Program-made: the position numbers and the translations under genes | Assembly (NCBI GenBank): GCA_020891255.1 | Contig: BQFW01000002.1 | Span: forward strand, 1,550,001-1,614,000 | Length of the DNA stretch: 64,000 nt | Source of the DNA: Entomortierella parvispora E1425 | Taxonomy: Eukaryota > Fungi > Mortierellomycota | Reading direction: 5' to 3' | The notes under the pieces: model-generated | Databases searched by the model: none | Told to the model about the DNA's origin: nothing | The model's input: the letters and a program-made list of their open reading frames with translations, nothing else | In this document: piece by piece, positions 56,685 to 64,000 of the stretch | Layout: each line of letters opens with the position of its first letter | How positions within the stretch are numbered: the stretch's first letter is position 1

Positions 56685-57922
56685 GGCGTTCGAATAGAAG
56701 GGTGCTCTTGTACCGATATAGGGGAGTAGGAGAGAGAGATGAAATCAAAAACGCGACAGGTATGTGATATGAGAGGCAGCCTAAGAAAAAAGAAGAGCGA
56801 ATTGTCGAGCTAACTGAGCAAGAAGAGTTTGGACCATGGAAATAGACAGGTGGTCCCCAAGCCGCCTGTTTTGTCATCACTACGACCGTTGACAGAGTAG
56901 GAGAATTGGAATCGCCTATGGCCCAGATTGCAACCACACGGAAACGGCTGCCTTGCGTTACATGTCGCACATCCTACGCCAAGGGATCTGTGACAGGACA
57001 GCCGCGGGAGGATCGATTAAGGCGCACAACCCCCAGGATTGCCAGAATTGCTGAAGTGTCCGGGTTGCATGCACAGGAAGTGGTGGCCCCTGACTCGCAT
57101 GCCTCAAGTCGTAAACGTTAGAGAATGACGTTGTTCATTTGCCCCTGTCTGGTCAACACCCATACACCCCTACAACAGCCACACCAGTCAACCGCGTCCC
57201 CTGCGTACATGTATGTGTCCTCCCTTGCGCTGGGGCAAAGGCACCGCCTGCCCATGATCTTTGCTGCAAGTCACCAGAAAGGCCAGATTAGAATCGCAGC
57301 TCAACAGCTCAGCAGTGAATACTAGGGGGTTTGCGCAAAACTTCAGCTGTGGGTGCACACACAACACACACACGAACAAACATCATTTCGATCTGTACTG
57401 AAAGCGGCATGAAAAGCCAAACCACTCCTACATGGTTGAAAAAACAAAACAAAAAAAAAGGAGATACATTCCATTGTGCGCTGAAGAAATGTGCCAGGAG
57501 ATGACCACCCGCGCTTGATAGGCCAAGGTCGACGGAAGAGGGTCCGCGATACCCCCGACTGACAGCAGCCAGGGCATCTACATCTGTCTTTTTCCTCTCT
57601 TGCTTCTGCGTTTTCCCTCTCTCGCTTTCGCGCCCTTTCCCTTGACAGACTCCCCCCCCCCCCCCTTCTCTCTCACTAATCTGTTTTTTTTTCCACTCTC
57701 TCCCTCTCTGATCTCCTTGCCATTAATCCCCCTCTCCTCCCATACCGCCACCCGCCTCTAATTGCATCCTTAACGACTCCTTTCACCTTTTCAACACCGC
57801 CCTGCATCCCTTCCACTCGTTTTCAACAAAACCACCATACATCTGAGCCATCTTGGCACAAATTGTCGCCTGTTCAGTGGACCCACCCCTCCTTCTCCAG
57901 CATTTACTATTGAGGGTCCATC

Positions 57923-60900
57923 ATGAAAAAAAACATGCTGATACCGCTCACAGTGGCGCTGGCTATGACCACGGGTAGGCCGAATGGATCCCGAATGGAT
58001 CTTTCCCCGCCCAATTAATATCGATGTCGAAGTTGACTCGATCGTTCATAGCCTCCCCTTTAACTTTGCTTTGTCGCAATACATCCTAACATAGCCGTCT
58101 CAAATGCCGACACGTCCCCGTCTGACGGCTGTAGGATCTTGAAGCAAGAGTCAAGCATTTGCTCTTCGATCCAGTATCTCACTAGCGTCGACAGTGTCGA
58201 GAAGGCAGAAACTCGTATTCAGAGTATGTCAGTAGACCTCTGGGCTAAATATCCAGAACAGGATCATCTTACTCTTCATATTTTGTCGTGGTCATCGTAG
58301 GTTACTTTGATCGCATCCCCTCGGCTTTCAACACGCTTCAGGCTCCTTGCATCGCCGCCCTGCAGGATGCTCTCTGCCTATTGGAGTTCCCGAGATGTGT
58401 GGACGGCACTGAAAAGGTGGTGCCTGTCTGTTGGTCTGTCAGGTACTGTCCATCAACAAGTGATTGTTGTTTTATTCTCGTCCATGGAAACCGCAATATG
58501 GCTAACAGAGTCTCCATATTGGCCTCTTTGCAGAGACTATGTGGCCAAAGAGTGCTATGAGCCCTTCAATCATTCGCATTCCGATCCTACTTCAATTCGT
58601 AACCAGGATCGTAACGAGGACGTCCCTTTTGCTCAGATTCGCGACAACCTCTTCCCGTCATCCGTGGATCATCGCTGGGCTGCTTCTGCAGACGTTCAGG
58701 AGCCTGACTGTGTCTCTTTCCAAAACCGTGGTATTGGAAGCTTCCCCGTTGATAATGTCAGAATTGTGGATGATCTACCAGAGAGTAATGAAATCGTGGA
58801 TGATTACCACCGACTAACTGATCAGGATGTCGATTCGGACGATACGGAGGACGGACTGTTTGAATATTCGGAGGTGGATCCAACAGTGGTTGAGGTGACC
58901 CTCAAAGCGAGACACTTGAGCCGACGCGAGCGCACAAAGCACCACCATCATCACCAACAGAAGAAACCCCAGAAGGAGAAGCGTGACTTCAACCCAGTCT
59001 CTCCAGCGGAAAAGGACCCTGCTGCCGGTGTGAAAATTGTCGCTGAGCAGATCGCGCCTATGATAGCAATTCGTGCTGACGATGGGGCAGGTCAGTCAGT
59101 CTACACGCTCAACAACAAAGAAGATGCTTCTCCCGCTGCAGATGTTCTAGTCCATGAATCGTTAAGTCATTCCGAGACTCCGAAGGCGGACGAGTCAGTT
59201 CCACAAGAAGGTGGCCAGAAAGTGTTGGTACAGGGCGGTGCTGGGGCAATAAGCCCAGAAGAAGCGTCGGAGTCTCTTGGTAAGGCCAACGCTGGCCACC
59301 CCGTTGACACCGACGGGACGGCATCGGCAACGGCTGAGGATGGAGAATCTCATCCCAAAAAGGGCACGGTCCTTTTGGCTGCTGTGCCAATCTTGCTCCT
59401 CATGGGCGCCATTGCTGGATTCACTGTCTATCGCAGGTACTATGAAAACAACTTTAACCAAGGTGGCCGTAACGATACTCATGACGATCTTCCGGGAGAT
59501 GGGTATCATCGACGAGGTAAATATTAAAAATATTTCTTTGTTTTTTTTTTTTTTTTTTTTTTTTGCAATCGAGTAAGTGTTGCTAAGCGCCTTCTTTGGA
59601 CTTTGACCATAGACCTTCCCCTTCGCAAAGGATCTCCAATTCACTTTGATAGGACATTCCTCAATACCATCCATTCTCCGCCCCCGACTGCGACGTACCT
59701 CCACGATCCAGAGAATAATTCGAGCCGTCATCAATCCCCATCATCCATCACCTCCGCGACCAACATGAAGCGTCCCCCTCCTTCCGCCGGGTCCCTTGGT
59801 AAGACGCGATTTCAAGAACTGAACAGGAGCTACGATTTTGGAGCAGGATTCCGTTCGATCAAGAACGCGTTGACAAGAAGCACCAACACTTCCCGCGAAG
59901 GTGCGCTCGATCAGGCCTCTAATAGCGCATCAAGTGGATCTATCAACAATGGCAAGGGCGTGAACTATGCATTTGGCGCTGGTGGACACTCATTGGCCAA
60001 GATTGGTAGCCATCCCGGTTTGAATGCATTGGAGAAACAACAGTTACAACAGCAGTATGGAGCTGGCCCCAGTAGCGCTGGATCATCTGGATCGCGATTC
60101 CCGGATATGAACGCTTTGACTATCCCAACAGAACAAGACATCATTTGGTGTCAGTACTCGGCTAACGATGATGACGAACACCAGGATGCAGCCACAGCGG
60201 CTGCCTCCAACCTGGCTCGAAAGTCTGCTTCAACCAACTCTTTGTCTTTGTTGAGTGGTGGAAAGTACAGTCATCATCATCAACACTCATCCGGACACCA
60301 ACCAGACACTCCCACAGACAGCATTGGCGACTGTCTCTCACCCGAGTCGCCCTCTATTACTCGAGAAGAGATGATGAGACGCCGTAGCCTATTTGCAGAA
60401 GGGTATGCCTTTGGCTCTGAGGCTTCTGTAGGCGATGATGCTCACTCGGGATCGGATCTGCTCTTTGATGCTCGAGATAACTTTTATGACCTTGGAAATG
60501 AGAAGGCCCATGATGTTTCACTGCACGATGAGGAAATGGATATGTATCTCAATATGGAGAAGGAGGAAAGTCCCTATGTGGTTGATGACTACAACACCAT
60601 GAACCCAAGTCCTTACGAGCCAAAGGTGGTTTACCGTCACACTGCCATCCAGGGAACAATCCAAAAGAGCGCCCGTCTCGATGAATACGATGAAAAAAAA
60701 GCTATGATGGAGGCAGAGCAGATCGAAGATGACAATGAAGAGACACATGTTCTTGGATCCGCGTCCCCCGAATGGAGTGGCTCAAGCAAGGAGCAATCAG
60801 ACGAGGCCCAAACGGAAAATACTCCAAGTGAGTCCTTTGGAGTCGTCCAGGCTGCCATGGCAACCATCAGCGGCCCTGGTGAACTAGAAATTGCCCAGCC

Positions 60901-61051
60901 AAACACGGCAGAAGTTGTGGACCCCAACGAGTGGGAGGAGGAGCCTCGTTCGGAAGCCGCCGGTGCTCAGTCGTCAGGCACTCTGAATCAAGGTCAAGGC
61001 GGCAAGAAGAAGGGCTCCAAGAGCAAAACCAAGAAGGGTCGCAAACACTAA
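57923..61051 (+). CDS. Type-I membrane protein with signal peptide, Frizzled-like Cys-rich domain, one TM helix and a long disordered cytoplasmic tail
   Basis: MKKNMLIPLTVALAMTT, CIAALQDALCLLEFPRC...PVCWSV...EC, TM GTVLLAAVPILLLMGAIAGFTVYRRYY, tail ORF 59603-61051. Confidence 0.7.
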
Positions 61052-61624
61052 GCCTTTCTTGCCCCCATGCAGTCTCTTTTGCAACGGAAACATACTCAAT
61101 ATACCCTTTCGTCGATCAAATCCAATATCCCACGATTTCCATAACCACGAAAAAGAACAAAATAAAAAAATCGCCTGTCAACGATGCCCGAGCTCTACTC
61201 AAAGTGGTACTGCTGGCTTTTCTTAGATCGAGCGACTGACGAGCGATCAACGAGCCGAAGGAACCTCCTCTAAATGATGGCCTAGCGCGGGACCATGCAA
61301 TCTCACCAACAAAGTAGAAAGGCAACACCCTTTGCCATGGATGGTGGCGCCTACTAAAACTTACGTTTGTGATAAAAGAGACCTTCACTCTTGGTTGCAT
61401 CAAGGCCTCGGCCTCTTAGCAAAATCATTTACGAGAACCAAACAACAAAAAAAAAAAAAAAAAAAAAAAAAAAGGAAGGTATCTACATCTCTCGCACAGT
61501 TTCCGTACCTGCAGTTTGTGTTGGATCAGTCAGAGGCATGATAGAAACGGTAGAGAAGACCTTCATTGTTCTATCCACTATCACTAACAGCGATGTATCA
61601 AAATATAAAGAGGGATATCTCGTT

Positions 61625-62301
61625 CTATGCAATCAACGCAGTGATGGTTGCCGCCGTGAGGATCACGGCGAGGGCGAGGCCGAAAGCTCCCTCTTTGGTG
61701 CCAGTACTACCAAAGCTAGACATTCCAACGCCACCGCCAATCCCACCAATACCACCTGTACCACCTATACCACCATCGTCATCGTCGTCGTCATCATCGT
61801 CGTCATCGTCGTCGTCATCATCGTCGTCATCGTCATCGTCATCATCATCGTCGTCGTCGTCGTCGAATTCTTCGCCCTCATCCTTGACCTCCCTGGTTCC
61901 TTGTTTTTTTGGCAACTTTTCATCGCCACTAATGTTTGATTCAAAGAAAAAAGTTCCACATGGGACTACCTTGATTAGCGTCACTCTCAATTATATTGCG
62001 CTCTCCAACATTTGCCTGGTAAAGAAACCACATACCCGCAGAGATTATGAATGGGATTGCAATGCAAATACCGCTTGCCGAGATTCACATGCGAGGGAGT
62101 CGGATTGCGTGTGGAACCATCCGCGTTGACCTTGACTTGAGGATAGAGTCCGACTGGCAGAGTATTCAAACCATCGATAGAGTCCTTAAATTTGCAGTCA
62201 GCAACATCCCGAACAGGGTGCTCCATGATCTCTTCAGAGTGAACGGGGAGACCGAGTGTCGATAAAGCAACCAAAAAAGCAGCCTTGATATAAAACCGCA
62301 T
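61625..62301 (-). CDS. Putative small secreted, possibly GPI-anchored protein with a poly-Asp tract; exon junctions unresolved
   Basis: Signal peptide MRFYIKAAFLVALSTLGLPVHS, ~24 consecutive Asp, Gly-rich linker, hydrophobic C-terminus AFGLALAVILTAATITALIA*. Confidence 0.55.
61775..61864. repeat. (GAC/GAT)n trinucleotide microsatellite encoding poly-Asp on the minus strand
   Basis: Run of TCG/TCA triplets, seen directly. Confidence 0.95.
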
Positions 62302-62907
62302 GACGAGGCAGGGGTGGACGGGTTGGACGGTCGTTGAGTCTTCAGGAAATTAAATCAACTATTGAAAGAAAAAGAAAAATAAAATAAGAGAACTGCCTCA
62401 ATCCTCTTGAGCTTTTATACGGTTTGCTCAGGCTCGACGAACATTGGCCATTTTTTGCTAGTGCGTCAGTGCAAGAGAGGGTAATAGCTGTCTCGTGGAG
62501 TCGACAGGCGCACAACTTTTTGTGCCGTTTGGGCAACTCCAAGGCATGCGCCTATCCCTGAAAGACAAAAACACACTGCCTCTCGATCTGTTCTCTTTCC
62601 GTCGACGCACCGCCTTTTGTCTTCTAGAGTCGACATTGATGACTAAGGGCTCAAGTCAACTGATGGTCGTCCGCTACCCCTACCCTTACCTTTGGAAAAA
62701 AATCTAGTCGACGATCTTCGACCGACCCCTCTCTAAGTGGGGAGAACCGAAGGCGTTCAGGCGTTCATCTTGCTGATCTACTCAAAGGTCGGCGTTGCCC
62801 GATCAATGACAGCGCCAGGTTGACTAGGACAGGGTTTAATGATAGCCGTGGTGGGGGAGCTGGACCAGTCGGTGGACAAGAGACTCAAAACAAAAAGAAA
62901 TCGATAG

Positions 62908-62981
62908 TGTTTGTACTCGGACTTGAACCGAGGACCGTCTGTGTGTTAGACAGACGTGATAACCAACTACACCATACAAAC
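62908..62981 (-). tRNA. tRNA-Val(AAC)
   Basis: Acceptor GTTTGTA/TACAAAC, anticodon arm TCTGT-CTAACAC-ACAGA, T-loop TTCAAGT. Confidence 0.93.
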
Positions 62982-63037
62982 TGACTCGATGATTTAGTTT
63001 GTTCTGAGTTATATTTATAGAAAATAAAAGAATAGTT

Positions 63038-63066
63038 CACGTGACCAAATAACACGTGACACGTGA
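63038..63066. promoter_or_regulatory. Cluster of three CACGTGA (E-box/CDEI-like) motifs between divergent tRNA genes
   Basis: CACGTG at 63038, 63053 and 63060. Confidence 0.45.
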
Positions 63067-63124
63067 TTATTGCTGATAATGACATTGAAAAAGGAAATAA
63101 AATTTATAATTTCAAGCAATCGAC

Positions 63125-63195
63125 GAAAGTGTAGTATATGGGTATCATTCCGGCCTTCCAAGCCTGAGAACCGGGTTCGAGTCCCGGCACTTTCA
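63125..63195 (+). tRNA. tRNA-Gly(TCC) with atypical acceptor stem
   Basis: Acceptor GAAAGTG/CACTTTC, anticodon loop CTTCCAA, T-arm CCGGG-TTCGAGT-CCCGG, 71 nt, T4 terminator. Confidence 0.85.
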
Positions 63196-63969
63196 TTTTG
63201 CCATTTTGGCTGTCCGACATCGTTCTCTCACATGACTGACGGCGAAAGCCTCTTTTTGCAAAGGAAGACGCGGTGCCCACGGTTTGAATCCACACTATTT
63301 TTTTTTGGAGAGTGCTTGTTCGCAGTGTGTATTCTCGGCGAGAAGTAGAAAAAACAAGAAAGAAAAGAAAACGTCGTGTACTATTGCAGTAAATCATTCT
63401 GTAATTCAAAATTCAGCGCCTCAAGAAGGTTGAAGACTGTGTCAGCGGCGGTGATGTTCAACAGATAGGCTGTTTTTAGCAAGTGTCTGGCTGTTGTTGA
63501 AGACGAGGTGAAGACAAGCAGGGCAGAGGATTCGGGTCCGACCAGGGTGCTTTCCGAGCAAACTGTCGTGTAAAACTGCAGGAGGAGAGAGAGGTGATGA
63601 CGATGGTGCGTTGTCACCGTGGGTGAGGCAAGCAGGAGCACAAAGTTGATTGGAGTCGATGTCTGGATTGACATGCCCTGGTTGTGGACCAGACGGGTGG
63701 CAAAAGCGACTTCTCCGTTTTCTTCACTTCTGTTTCTTTGCTTCTTTCTTTCTCTCTCTCCCTCCCTCTCTCTCGCTCCTCCTACCCGTCCTCGCTCCTC
63801 TCTTGTCCTCTTCCACCAACTCTACCCATTCATTCATTTATTCATCTCATTGTCCTTCCCCCCTTCTCTTGCCTCCCAACAGTCTCCCTCTTCGACCCCT
63901 GCAAGTCCCTTGTTCCTGAAAGTGACCTCGTTCGAATCGCGCCCAGTCGCCCTCTCCCCTTTTCTCTCC

Positions 63970-64000
<31 letters not shown>

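Noticed and set aside
58307-58452. N-terminal part of ORF 58307-59527 as coding
   Set aside because: The overlapping frame 58288-58560 carries the Cys-rich pattern and fits the splice phases. The long ORF is probably coding only from ~58532.
63260-63300. B-box-like GGTTTGAATCC downstream of tRNA-Gly
   Set aside because: No cloverleaf. At most a degenerate remnant.
63381-63674. 97-aa minus-strand ORF near the window end
   Set aside because: No recognisable domain or clear splice context. It may be a terminal exon of a gene outside the window but cannot be supported here.

Overview
Intron-rich fungal genomic DNA. GT-AG introns with poly-A/T tracts, eEF3 and the gene style suggest a Mortierellaceae-like early-diverging fungus (inference). 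Housekeeping genes: CHD1 (5' partial), CDK11, eEF3, panB/ECM31, CDC50/LEM3, M17 leucine aminopeptidase, GDP-mannose pyrophosphorylase, alpha-SNAP, GABA transaminase and eIF3c. There are also several hypothetical or membrane proteins and five tRNA genes. Two DNA transposons stand out. (1) A 4.7-kb Crypton (tyrosine recombinase plus GCR1_C-like domain, apparently intact 4-exon gene, 6-bp TAGACT direct repeat) sits inside exon 3 of the GABA transaminase gene, and its ends offer two frame-restoring splice routes, as an introner would. (2) An 8.5-kb Mutator-like element (TIRs, 9-bp TSD) carries a Ulp1-like protease next to or fused with a FAR1/MULE/SWIM transposase, a ~280-bp x7.3 tandem array and divergent zinc-finger cargo ORFs, reminiscent of plant VANDAL anti-silencing elements. 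Also found: an unassigned ~310-nt structured Pol III-like RNA candidate and a tRNA with a Lys-type body but an Arg anticodon. All splice models, pairings and family assignments were read by eye, without database searches or folding software.
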